NCBI GenBank assembly: GCA_964016885.1
Contig: OZ024750.1
Location: 54,436,001-54,500,000 of the forward strand
Direction: 5' to 3'
Length of the DNA stretch: 64,000 nucleotides
Origin: Eledone cirrhosa
Taxonomy: Eukaryota
In this document: in pieces, positions 37,168-55,095 of the stretch
Layout: every line of letters begins with the position of its first letter
How positions within the stretch are numbered: the stretch's first letter is position 1
Program-made: the position numbers and the translations under genes
The notes under the pieces: generated by a model
Told to the model about the DNA's origin: nothing
The model's input: the letters and a program-made list of their open reading frames with translations, nothing else
The model's database searches: none

Positions 37168-37778
37168 ATATATTTATTGATAATAACAACAATTCAAAAT
37201 TTCAGGTCCGTTTGGGAACAAAATTGACCAATGAAAATACAAAAGGTTTTATGCAGTTTGGTGTGTGTATATACATGTAACTACCCCGTACACATATTTA
37301 TACAAAGATGTATGCTCAACATGCATACGCATGCCAAAAAGATGCATGCAAATACAAAATTTCAAGGTTAATGTCTCTGTAAGTTTATAATGCACAGATA
37401 AGATGCGTATAGACACATAAATATGAAATAAGTGTATACACATATTCTCATACTCACACATATCCGTACACTCACACACACGCGCGCGTATATGCATAAA
37501 CATACACATAATTACGAACATACATATACACCCCCACCCCCACACACATATATATATGTGGATATAATATTATCATAAGCACATGGATATTAATTCACTC
37601 ACATAAACACTGCCACACACATTTAGATCAAGATACAGAAATTAGGTGGGAGGGGGGGAGAGGTCAGTATTCAACGGTTTGTGCAGACTGCTTATTTATA
37701 TATGTATCTATAAACTAAGAAATAAAAATTAAAAAGGAAAGAAAAGAAAAAGAAAAAAGAAAAAAGAAATATATCAAG

Positions 37779-37834
<56 letters not shown>

Positions 37835-37916
37835 CACACATCTACACTTAGAACACACATACACACACATATATAAACATATACATATACACACATACAC
37901 ACATATACACACATAC

Positions 37917-37957
<41 letters not shown>

Positions 37958-38472
37958 TACACATATAATCACACATACATATATAGACACACATATATAT
38001 ACACATACACGCACATATACATACACATACATACTTATATACATACAGATATACACATACATACCTATATATACACACAAATACATACAGACATACATAC
38101 ATACATACACACAAATACTTACGCATCCATATATCGGTATATACATACAAACACCACTACACTCTCACACAACTCAGACATACAAAGAAAAAGGTATATA
38201 CCTATACACATATACACATACAAATAGAGATACATATACATATATATATATATATACACATATATATATATATATATACATACACATATACACACATATA
38301 TATACATACACATACATACATGTACACACACATACATATACATACATACACACATACACACATACATATATAGTCATACACACACATACACCTACACGAA
38401 CATACACATACACATATATAAAGATATATATACACACACACACATACACACACACACATATATATAAAATAA

Positions 38473-38511
<39 letters not shown>

Positions 38512-39145
38512 CACATATACATAGACATATATGTACATACATACACATACATACATACATATACACACATATATATATATATATATACACACATAGACAC
38601 ATACATACATACACACACAACATACATACACACACATATATACTCATACATAGACATAGATATATATTCATACATACATACGCACTTACATATACTCATA
38701 TATACAAATACATACGCATCCATATATGCGTATATACATACAAACACCACTACACTCTCACACAACTCAGACATACAAAGAAAAAGGTATATACATATAC
38801 ATATATACACACATTAATAGAGATACATATACACATATATATATATATATACACATACATTTATATATATACACCCACACACACATACAACCATAAACAC
38901 ACATACAAACACACACATACACACATATATACATACATATATATACACACACACAAAAAACACACATACACATATATATTTTTACACATATATATACATA
39001 TATATACATATACACACCCTCACATATACACACATACACATAAGTTATATTATAATAATAAATAATATATATATATATATATATATACACATACGAATAT
39101 AGACATATATACACACATAGATATACATATATATATATATATATA

Positions 39146-40629
39146 CAGGGGATGCTTTGGAGAGGAGCAATTATAGGGGTATAAAACTGATAGATCAGGT
39201 TATGAAAGTGGCAGAAAGGATTCTAGCACAACTAATTAGAGAAAGGGTCAAACTAGATGAGATGCAGTTTGGTTTTGTGCCTGGGAAGAGTACAACAGAT
39301 GCCCTCTTCTTGGTGAGACAAATGCAAGAGAGGTTCTTAGAGAAGAATAAGCCACTATACTTAGCCTTTGTTGACCTAGAGAAGGCCTTTGATAGGGTAC
39401 CCCGATCTGTCATCTGGTGGTCCCTAAGGAAGCTGGGTGTTGAGGAATGGCTTGTAAGGACAGTGCAAACTTTGTACAGAGGTACTCTCAGTAAAGTCAG
39501 GGTAGGAATGGAGTTTAGTGAGGAATTCCAGATACAAGTAGGAGTACATCAGGGTTCGGTCCTCAGCCCGCTCTTGTTCATTATAGTCCTCCAAGCCATA
39601 ACAGAGGAGTTTAAGACTGGCTGTCCATGGGAACTTCTCTATGCTGACGATCTGGCTCTTATGGCAGAATCAGTAGAGGAGCTAGAGAATAAATTCCGGC
39701 TATGGAAACAGCAGTTGGAAGCAAGAGGACTGAGAGTAAATCTAGCTAAGACAAAAGTGTTGATGAGTAGAAAAGAGGACAAAACCCTGATTCCGTCAGG
39801 GAAATGGCCATGTTCGATATGCAGAAAAGGAACTGGCATAAATTCTATAAAATGCACACAATGTAGGTCCTGGGTACACAAGAGATGTAGCGGGATAGCA
39901 GGCAAACTAACAGGTAGGGAGAAATATGTATGCAGTAGATGTACAGGGAAATTAGACAGTAGAAGTCGCACTGATAGACACATTTTTCAAATGCGAGAGG
40001 GCGCTATAGAAGTGGTGGATAGCTTCCGGTACCTAGGAGATCAGATTAGCATGGGAGGAGGGTGTTCCGAGGCCATAGTATCTAGAATAAGGACGGGTTG
40101 GAAGAAGTTTAGGGAGCTGCTTCCTCTGTTGACGAAGAAGGGTTTCTCCCTGCGTACGAAAGGCCGGTTGTATGATGCCTGTGTGAGGAGCGCGATGCTG
40201 CATGGTAGTGAGACATGGGCAGCTACCGCAGAAGATATGCGACGGCTGGAGAGAAATGAGGCAAGCATGCTCCGTTGGATGTGCAGTGTAAATGTGCGTG
40301 AACGACCCAGCATAAATGTGTTGAGAGAGAAACTGTGTCTGAGAGGGATAGAATGTAGTGTACGGGAGAGGAGACTGAGGTGGTATGGACATGTGATGCG
40401 CATGGAGGATGACCGATGGGTGAAGAAGTGCCAGGAAATGCCAGTTGAAGGAAGACGTGGTAGAGGTAGACCACGAAAAACATGGGCGGAGGTGGTGAGA
40501 ACAGACCTGAGATCATTGAAGCTCACGGTGGAGATGACGAGGGACCGTGACGAGTGGAGAGATGCTGTGCTGAATAAGACCCGTCCCACCCTTGCAAGCA
40601 GGGAAAAGCGGACGTAAAATGATGATGAT
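39146..40629 (+). mobile_element. RTE LINE subfamily C, 5'-truncated, open RT ORF (to 40617), essentially no 3' UTR
   Basis: NYRGIKL...LLYADD...RGRGRPRKTW; stop followed immediately by aatgatgatgat. Confidence 0.95.
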
Positions 40630-41863
40630 ACACACACACACACACACACTCACATATATATGTGCGCACACGTACATATATACACATACACACATATACA
40701 CATAAACATATACATGTGCATACATGTACATACACACATATACCCACATAGATACGAAGATAGACATATATATAGAGAGACATACATATATATACACATA
40801 TATATATACACATACATACACACATATATATATATATATATACACACACACATACACGCCCACACACATATACACATATACACATATATATATATATACA
40901 TATACACATATATATACACATGCATACATACACATATATATATATATACACACATATATATACACACAATCTTACATTCTTATTTGCATGCGCATATATG
41001 TATTTTTATATTCAGATATAAAAACCCAAACATATATACACCTACCTACATATATATTCATACATACACGCTTACAAACACAGATGATAATAGTATGGGG
41101 GAAAGGGGGGGGGGGGGGGTTGGAGAAGGGGATTATAGTAAATATATGTTTCAAGAAACATAGAATATTATCTGTATCTGGATCCCAATATATGTTTTTA
41201 CATAGTTTCAGTGTTAGGAAATACAAGAAATAAGGCATATATATATATATGTATATCTATGTGTGTATATATGTCTATATTCGTATGTGTATATATATAT
41301 ATATATATATATTATTTATTATTATAATATAACTTATGTGTATGTGTGTATATGTGAGGGTGTGTATATGTATATATATGTATATATATGTGTAAAAATA
41401 TATATGTGTGTGTTTTTTGTGTGTGTGTGTATATATGTATGTATATATGTGTGTATGTGTGTGTTTGTATGTGTGTTTATGGTTGTATGTGTGTGTGGGT
41501 GTATATATATGAATGTATGTGTATATATATATATATATGTGTATATGTATCTCTATTAATGTGTGTATATATGTATATGTATATACCTTTTTCTTTGTAT
41601 GTCTGAGTTGTGTGAGAGTGTAGTGGTGTTTGTATGTATATACGCATATATGGATGCGTATGTATTTGTATATATGAGTATATGTAAGTGCGTATGTATG
41701 TATGAATATATATCTATGTCTATGTATGAGTATATATGTGTGTGTATGTATGTTGTGTGTGTATGTATGTATGTGTCTATGTGTGTATATATATATATAT
41801 ATATATGTGTGTATATGTATGTATGTATGTGTATGTATGTACATATATGTCTATGTATATGTG

Positions 41864-41902
<39 letters not shown>

Positions 41903-42413
41903 TTATTTTATATATATGTGTGTGTGTGTATGTGTGTGTGTGTATATATATCTTTATATATGTGTATGTGTATGTTCGTGTAGGTGTATGTGTGTGTATG
42001 ACTATATATGTATGTGTGTATGTGTGTATGTATGTATATGTATGTGTGTGTACATGTATGTATGTGTATGTATATATATGTGTGTATATGTGTATGTATA
42101 TATATATATATATATGTGTATATATATATATATATGTATATGTATCTCTATTTGTATGTGTATATGTGTATAGGTATATACCTTTTTCTTTGTAGGTCTG
42201 AGTTGTGTGAGAGTAGTGGTGTTTGTATGTATATACCGATATATGGATGCGTAAGTATTTGTGTGTATGTATGTATGTATGTCTGTATGTATTTGTGTGT
42301 ATATAGGTATGTATGTGTATATCTGTATGTATATAAGTATGTATGTGTATGTATATGTGCGTGTATGTGTATATATATGTGTGTCTATATATGTATGTGT
42401 GATTATATGTGTA

Positions 42414-42446
<33 letters not shown>

Positions 42447-42534
42447 TTATATGTATGTGTGTATATGTGTGTATGTGTGTATATGTATATGTTTATATAT
42501 GTGTGTGTATGTGTGTTCTAAGTGTAGATGTGTG

Positions 42535-42608
<74 letters not shown>

Positions 42609-43224
42609 CTTGATATATTTCTTTTTTCTTTTTTCTTTTTCTTTTCTTTCCTTTTTAATTTTTATTTTTTATTTCTTAGTTTATAGATACATATATAAAT
42701 AAGCAGTCTGCCCAAACCGTTGAATACTGACCTCTCCCCCCCTCCCACCTAATTTCTGTATCTTGATCTAAATGTGTGTGGCAGTGTTTATGTGAGTGAA
42801 TTAATATCCATGTGCTTATGATAATATTATATCCACATATATATGTGTGTGGGTGTGTGTGTGTATATGTATGTTCGTAATTATGTGTATGTTTATGCAT
42901 ATACGCGCGCGTGTGTGTGAGTGTACGGATATGTGTGAGTATGAGAATATGTGTATACACTTATTTCATATTTATGTGTCTATACGCATCTTATCTGTGC
43001 ATTATAAACTTACAGAGACATTAACCTTGAAATTTTGTATTTGCATGCATCTTTTTGGCATGCGTATGCATGTTGAGCATACATCTTTGTATAAATATGT
43101 GTACGGGGTAGTTACATGTATATACACACACCAAACTGCATAAAACCTTTTGTATTTTCATTGGTCAATTTTGTTCCCAAACGGACCTGAAATTTTGAAT
43201 TGTTGTTATTATCAATAAATATAT

Positions 43225-43379
43225 TTCATTATTTCTGAAGACGGCGTATATGTGTGTTTGGTATGTATATTTAATCTTGATAGTTTGTATAATTTTGTAT
43301 AATTTTGTACATAGATCTGTTGAATATGCATGCCAATTCTAACACATATATATCCTAGAAACGATCGTTAAATAATGAA
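43225..43379 (+). ncRNA. Type-I hammerhead with 10-bp stem I and ~116-nt stem II
   Basis: ttcattattt-CTGAAGA-cggcgtatatgtgtg...acacatatatatccta-GAAA-c-gatc-GTT-aaataatgaa. Confidence 0.8.
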
Positions 43380-43575
43380 CTTTTTTTGTTTAATATAAGG
43401 AACTGTTTCATTGTTTTATTCATTATTTGTTTAATATTTTATCTTGACTCTGTATACCGTTTATCTTTCACCGAAAGTGATTTTTCATTACATCTCTTCT
43501 TTCCATGATATCCGGAATACATTGAGTTCTTCATACGGATTGGACACTACCGTAAACTCTTGGTAGATTTATCTA

Positions 43576-45207
<1,632 letters not shown>

Positions 45208-46164
45208 ACTAGACATGAAAAATGCGCAAGCTCAAAAGTGCCACAGAATGTTATAATAAACCTTCAAAAGTGTGGGACTAGAGTTGTTGCTAAAAAATAT
45301 TGTAATCATTATATATCGTACATTCTGTGGCATCCTTTATAAAAATAGCTGAAACCAACGAAGCCTTTATTTTTACGCTATTTCACTTAGTTAATTCTTA
45401 GAGTGTAACATATAAAAATATGATTTACAACTATAAAATAAATTAATTAATATAATAACAGAGCTGCGGAGCTGAAATTTAGGAAATAATGGAGTATCGG
45501 ATCCTGAGTTGGAGCCAGTCAATTTTTGGCCGACTCCGCAGCCCTGTATAATACATTTCATATTAAAGTTATTAATAAACCTATTTTACACTTCATGCAA
45601 ATTACCACGAGATATTGATATTAGATATAAGATACAGCGCAATATCTACAGCTGTAAAAGTACGAAAGCGAAGTAATAATAAGTGGCTTAAGGTAATTCC
45701 AATATGAAAGTTTGTAGTGATAAAAATTTGATAATGCAATACGATTGTTAATATTATAGTTCTATGAAAATGTAACAATAGATAACTAAATTATTTTACT
45801 ATTAGTATATTTAAGAAATTATCATTATAGATTTGATCGTTCATATAAGCATCATATTAAGTTTCAACACAATTATTTTGTTACTATGAGTATATGATAA
45901 TAATATTACGTAATTATTTATAGCTGTTATTACATTAAACATAGATGTATTTATTTTTATATGTTACACTCTAAGAATTAACTAAGTGAAATAGCGTAAA
46001 AATAAAGGCTTCGTTGGTTTAAGCTATTTTTATAAAGGATGCCACAGAATGTACGATATATAATGATTACAATATTTTTTAGCAACAACTCTAGTCCCAC
46101 ACTTTTGAAGGTTTATTATAACATTCTGTGGCACTTTTGAGCTTGCGCATTTTTCATGTCTAGT
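45208..46164. mobile_element. Element with 213-bp near-perfect inverted arms (MITE/fold-back)
   Basis: 45208-45420 vs 45952-46164, one mismatch seen; each arm has an internal tgccacagaatgt/acattctgtggca IR. Confidence 0.8.
45459..45546. mobile_element. Tiny hAT-type MITE
   Basis: cagagctgcggag / ctccgcagccctg TIRs; 8-bp near-TSD tataataa/tataatac. Confidence 0.7.
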
Positions 46165-46719
46165 TTAATATTTTTTTAAGGCAACGCTTGTAATAACTCT
46201 AGTTAAACAGGATATATATTAATAATAAATTATCGTTGTAATGTAATTAGATTATGTAATTGTTATTATAAATTATCTTATAAATATTAGTGTAAGATGT
46301 ATAAAAATATTTTCAGACTTTTAATATAAACAACTACAAAAAACAATCAATATTAAATCAATATATTATACATAATAGAAAACATAAAATATACAATACA
46401 AAAACAAAATATTTACATACAATTGCAATTATCAGTGTATATACATTTTCTTTATATTCCCTGAGCAAATTAATAAGATTTGTTTTTATTGTACATAATT
46501 TGATGACTTGTTGGAGTGTATTAAAAGATAGCAACAATTTGTGATTAAATTGTTATCTTAAGCAACTCACTTTTTAATAGTTGTTGGCTGAGCGAAATTG
46601 TAAAAGCCTATGAGCAAATATAAAAAAAAATACACAAACAACATTTCCTTGTGTTATTACAACATTAGATAAAATAATTGAGCAATGTCGTTATATTTTG
46701 CTCTTATTGCACATTAATA

Positions 46720-46888
46720 GTGTTTCTATTTTTCGGCACAAATCCATTACGGCAGTCCATTACTGGTACTTTATTTTATCGAATTAGTAAGTATGAAAGT
46801 CGAAGTTAACCTCGGCAGGATTTGAACTTAGAATGCAAAGGACCATAACAATACTGCAAAGCATGGTGTCTGACGCTCTACCAATACT
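46720..46888 (-). mobile_element. SINE S1, diverged
   Basis: 'ctggtactttattttatcga...gttaacctcggcaggatttgaact'. Confidence 0.8.
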
Positions 46889-47279
46889 TGTGTTGAGCTG
46901 GTCATTAATTTATGGTGGTCGTGCGTGGAGTAGAGCAATCGCTAGTTGAAATATTATGAACAAAACATTTTTATTTGCCGAAGAACATATTTTCAATACT
47001 GTTTGTGAATGTGACGAAGGAAATACATTCTGATATGGAACAGTGTACAAAGTGTGTCTGTGAATAATATAATGTTACCTCATGTTGTTGTCAAGACATA
47101 ATGGATTTCGTATATCCAGTTAGAAGATGAAACCTAGCCATCTCGGATTAGTTATATTTCATGCCATGTGTAAACGTGTTTGAGGATAGCAAAATATGCG
47201 CGTTAATTATAATAATTAGTTAATAATATTACAAAATATACCTAATTAAACTCTTTGCTTGAAATTTTATCATTCTTCG

Positions 47280-47472
<193 letters not shown>

Positions 47473-48873
47473 TTATCTAGTCCTTCGCTCAAGATTAATC
47501 TATAAGCTTAGATGTTTGCCTTCGTTTAAGTAAATATTACAGTAAGATTTTTAATATAAACAACTACAAAAAACGATTAATATTAAAACGAAAAAATTAT
47601 CAATGATAAAAGAAGCGGATGCAACTTTTTTTTTTATAAAGTTATATTCCTGTTTCTTTAAAGAACATTTCATTTTTGTTCTATTGTAGGCGAAATAATG
47701 CAATGGTTTAATAGGGAAGATATAACTTACGAATTATGTCTCTAACCGTGTAACGCTTTTTAAGTAGATAACTACAATTGAAAATACTAAAGAAATGGAA
47801 CCAACAATTCAATTTGAAAGTCGTCTAGTGACAGTGTATTACTGGTACTTTATTTTATCGACCCCGTAACGATGAAAGGCAAAAATGCAAATGCTTAAAA
47901 TTTAAATTGCCTTAATTCTATCGTCTGCTGTTTCATTAAAGGGAGATTATCGTCTGTATTTAATTCTATCGTCTACTGTTCCACTAAACAGATATACCTC
48001 CACTATCGTCTCTATTTATACATTTTAACTTATAACTTATACACATTTGATTTGAAATATTTTATCTAGTCCCCCCTCTCAATATTATGATGATTTCTTT
48101 CGAATGAAACAGTTCTAGTCCTGTAGAAGCCATTTATATATATAATTGAACTGAGTTAAAAATTCACAATATTTATAATTAAATAAGCTCATATATATAT
48201 GTGTGTATTTATCTGTTTATTGTATTATATATAATGTGTGTATATACAGGATGTCCCCCCAAAATATATACACACTTCAACAGCATTCTAATAACTATTG
48301 CCTGTACAGGTAATCAAAGTGTCAATCGAATGTTAGTTTCGTGTTTTAACAGTACAAATTTACAATACACACATAAAACCAGTGTATATACATACATGAG
48401 TGTGTATACACATACATGAATGTGTATATACAATATATATGTATATATATATAGACACATATATTCACGGTGCAACGGAACATTAAAATATAGATGCGGG
48501 AGAGGGGGGGGGTATATATAGGGGCGCTGGGGATAAAGGAGTGTAAAGCGTGTGTAATTGATATATTGAAGGAGAGGAGCGTGCAGCGATAGAGTAACAA
48601 ATATATAGAGAGGGGGAGAGATGGTATTGAAGGGGAGGAGTGCAAAGCGAAAGAGTAAGAGATATATATAGAGACGGAACAGATAGAGAGAAACAGGCGT
48701 AAGTAACAGTGGAAGAGATATAGAGAGAGGTACTCTGATTGGTTGAAAATTAGCCAATGACATACGATCACCACCACCACGGCTATCCCCGAAAATTTTT
48801 TATAGAAGCTAGGCATATATGTTAGAACACGAAAAGTGAACATTCTGTTGTTTCACACTTTTCGTGTTCTAAC

Positions 48874-49790
<917 letters not shown>

Positions 49791-50368
49791 TAAGTATGCA
49801 TGTATACGTACATACATATATGTATACAGACGTACAGTAGCATGCACATATATATATATATATATACATATATACATACATATGCATACAGGTACACATA
49901 CATATATGCACGTATCAGTTTAGCGGCGCTTATTATAACGTCGCTTTGTTCGTTTGTAAACAAACTGAACAGCCTGAATTTATGCCATACGGTGTTAAGG
50001 CAACCACGTCACCTTTTTGTTTACAAACGAACAAAGCGACGTTATAATAAGCGCCGCTAAACTGATACGTGCATATATGTATGTGTACCTGTATGCATAT
50101 GTATGTATATATGTATATATATATATATATGTGCATGCTACTGTACGTCTGTATACATATGTATGTACGTATACATGCATACTTACATTTAAGTAAGTGC
50201 CATACTAAGAGTGAGAAATGAAATTTCGTTTTCATTTTGTTTCAATTTATCGTTTTCGGTATGCCTGACCGATTTAACTCACTCAATATGCAAATTAGGC
50301 TGCTCAGCCGTTAATTTTCATAAGGAAAGTATATACTTTCGAACGTTCAACTATCTGGCAGATGGGTA

Positions 50369-50413
50369 AACGGTGCTGATGATAGCTAACAAGCTTGAAA
50401 CTAGTACATCGTT
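50369..50413 (+). ncRNA. Minimal type-I hammerhead ribozyme
   Basis: aacggtg-CTGATGA-tagc-taacaa-gctt-GAAA-c-ta-GTA-catcgtt. Confidence 0.88.
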
Positions 50414-50840
50414 CCTGTGTCAGTGTTGAACAAAAAGGTGACGTGGTTGCCTTAACACCGTATGGCATAAATTCAGGCTGTTCAGTTTGTTTACAAACGA
50501 ACAAAGCGACGTTATAATAAGCGCCGCTAAACTGATACGTGCATATATGTATGTGTACCTGTATGCATATGTATATATATATGTATATGTATATATATAT
50601 GTGCATGCTACTGTACGTCTGTATACATATATGTATGTACGTATACATGCATACTTACATTTAAGTAAGTGCCATACTAAGAGTGAGAAATGAAATTTCG
50701 TTTTCATTTTGTTTCAATTTATCGTTTTCGGTATGCCTGACCGATTTAACTCACTCAATATGCAAGTTAGGCTGCTCAGCCGTTAATTTTCATAAGGAAA
50801 GTATATACTTTCGAACGTTCAACTATCTGGCAGATGGGTA

Positions 50841-50885
50841 AACGGTGCTGATGATAGCTAACAAGCTTGAAACTAGTACATCGTT
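50841..50885 (+). ncRNA. Minimal type-I hammerhead ribozyme (second unit)
   Basis: Identical to 50369-50413. Confidence 0.88.
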
Positions 50886-51191
50886 CCTGTGTCAGTGTTG
50901 AACAAAAAGGTGACGTGGTTGCCTTAACACCGTATGGCATAAATTCAGGCTGTTCAGTTTGTTTACAAACGAACAAAGCGACGTTATAATAAGCGCCGCT
51001 AAACTGATACGTGCATATATGTATGTGTACCTGTATGCATATGTATGTATATATGTATATATATATATATATATGTGCATGCTACTGTACGTCTGTATAC
51101 ATATATGTATGTACGTATACATGCATACTTACATTTAAGTAAGTGCCATACTAAGAGTGAGAAATGAAATTTCGTTTTCATTTTGTTTCAA

Positions 51192-53534
<2,343 letters not shown>

Positions 53535-53661
53535 AAAGTTATATTTAAATTGTTGGGTTACAACTAGTAAATATTTATAACTGATATAAAAGCACTCGAC
53601 AAATATTTGGAGTATATTTACAATATTAAATAAATGGAAACTATATTTATAAAACCATATT

Positions 53662-53727
53662 TATTTCATTATATATATTTCAGGGATATCATATTAACAA
53701 TATGCTATGCCTTCCTCAGACAAAATA
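53662..53727 (-). ncRNA. Minimal type-I hammerhead ribozyme
   Basis: Minus: tattttgt-CTGAGGA-aggcatagcatatt-gtt-aatatgatatccct-GAAA-tatata-TA-atgaaata. Confidence 0.82.
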
Positions 53728-55095
53728 CAATATAAACAGTTTTATAGATAAATAGATTCGACATACCGTAACAACATCGACTTGTATTTGAAAAGGTTGA
53801 TTTGGCAGTGAAAAAATTGTACACAGAGAGAAAGAAAGAGAGAAAAAAGGAAAGAAAGACAGAAAACGAAGAAAAAGAAGAAAAAGAAGAAATGCATGGA
53901 ACAAAATAGAGAGATGGAAAGATAGATAAAGAGAAGAACTTCATGTAAAGAAACAGAAAGAGATATATATATATAGAGAGAGAGGAAATAGAGATAGATA
54001 CATATATATAGAAAACTAGGTAGTGGGACGTCTGTTGAGTAAACGTATCAATGATACATTTATTTATTTGTTTATTTATTTAGCTCTAGTATTAATGTAA
54101 GGGAGATATATGGAGAGAAACCAGCTGTTATATATAGAGAGAAAAAAAATATAGAGAGAGAAAAAATTTAAAAATAGCCAGACATATGCGAGGCGTAAAA
54201 AACCCTATGTTTTAATGTAGAGGTATTAGTATTAATAAAAATCAGCCACTATATTGTAAATATCAGTATTCCTGAATGAGACATGTATCCATAATGTGTG
54301 AAAATTAATGATCTTATGTTTAGTTTTTAAAAAAAATTCATATGTTTATGTGATAACTACAAACATCTATGTGAATCTACATGATCAACTCTGCAAACCC
54401 TAAGTTCACGGAAAACATTCCCAATGTGGTATAAAAATTTAAGTATACATATATGTGTATATATATACACACAAATATATATAGAGTCAATATTACTATT
54501 CCTGTCTTTACTCTACAAGATTATCTATCAAGCAGAAATAGAGAGCAGATTTCAATATACTAATAAAAATATATATCAGAAACAAAACTAAAAAATAACA
54601 ATAATAATAATAAGTAATAATAAAATAGAAAACTAAAAAATATTACGAAAGAATATTACATATTAAAAATATTACATATTAAAAAATTTACATATTAAAA
54701 ATATTAAAAATAAAAAATATTAGAAAATACTACAATAATAAAAATAAAAATAAACCACAAAGATCAACCCTTCAAAATTAATTGACAATATATTGCCAAG
54801 TTCATTATAAGCATCAGAGTCGAAAAACAGATAAAGCCAAAAATTATCTATCAAATCGCATCTAGCAAAGATCATTTCAAAAAGTTTAGGATGCCCAATT
54901 TGGTCTACATGTGTTCTTATATTTAATATAGAAGTTTATCTAGTGTAACGTTTATTCGAAATATTTGGAGCATCAACTTTTAGGGTAGCTTAATTTTTCA
55001 TGAAGAATGTTTAAATAAAAATAAAAAGAATAAAAAGAAGGAATCAAAGATTTATCGGCTAGTTTCCCATATAATTATAAATCAACCTAAATATA

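Noticed and set aside
41140-41240. Minus-strand 'KTYIG' as a GIY-YIG remnant upstream of the TG-rich element
   Set aside because: Five-residue match amid stops; insufficient
50440-50482. Possible twister ribozyme (gccttaacaccg...)
   Set aside because: Only the UAAC-like start matches; pseudoknot partners and conserved downstream motif not found
54770-54830. Hammerhead candidate ctgatgc...gaac in the PLE 3' UTR
   Set aside because: Two core mismatches and no convincing stems
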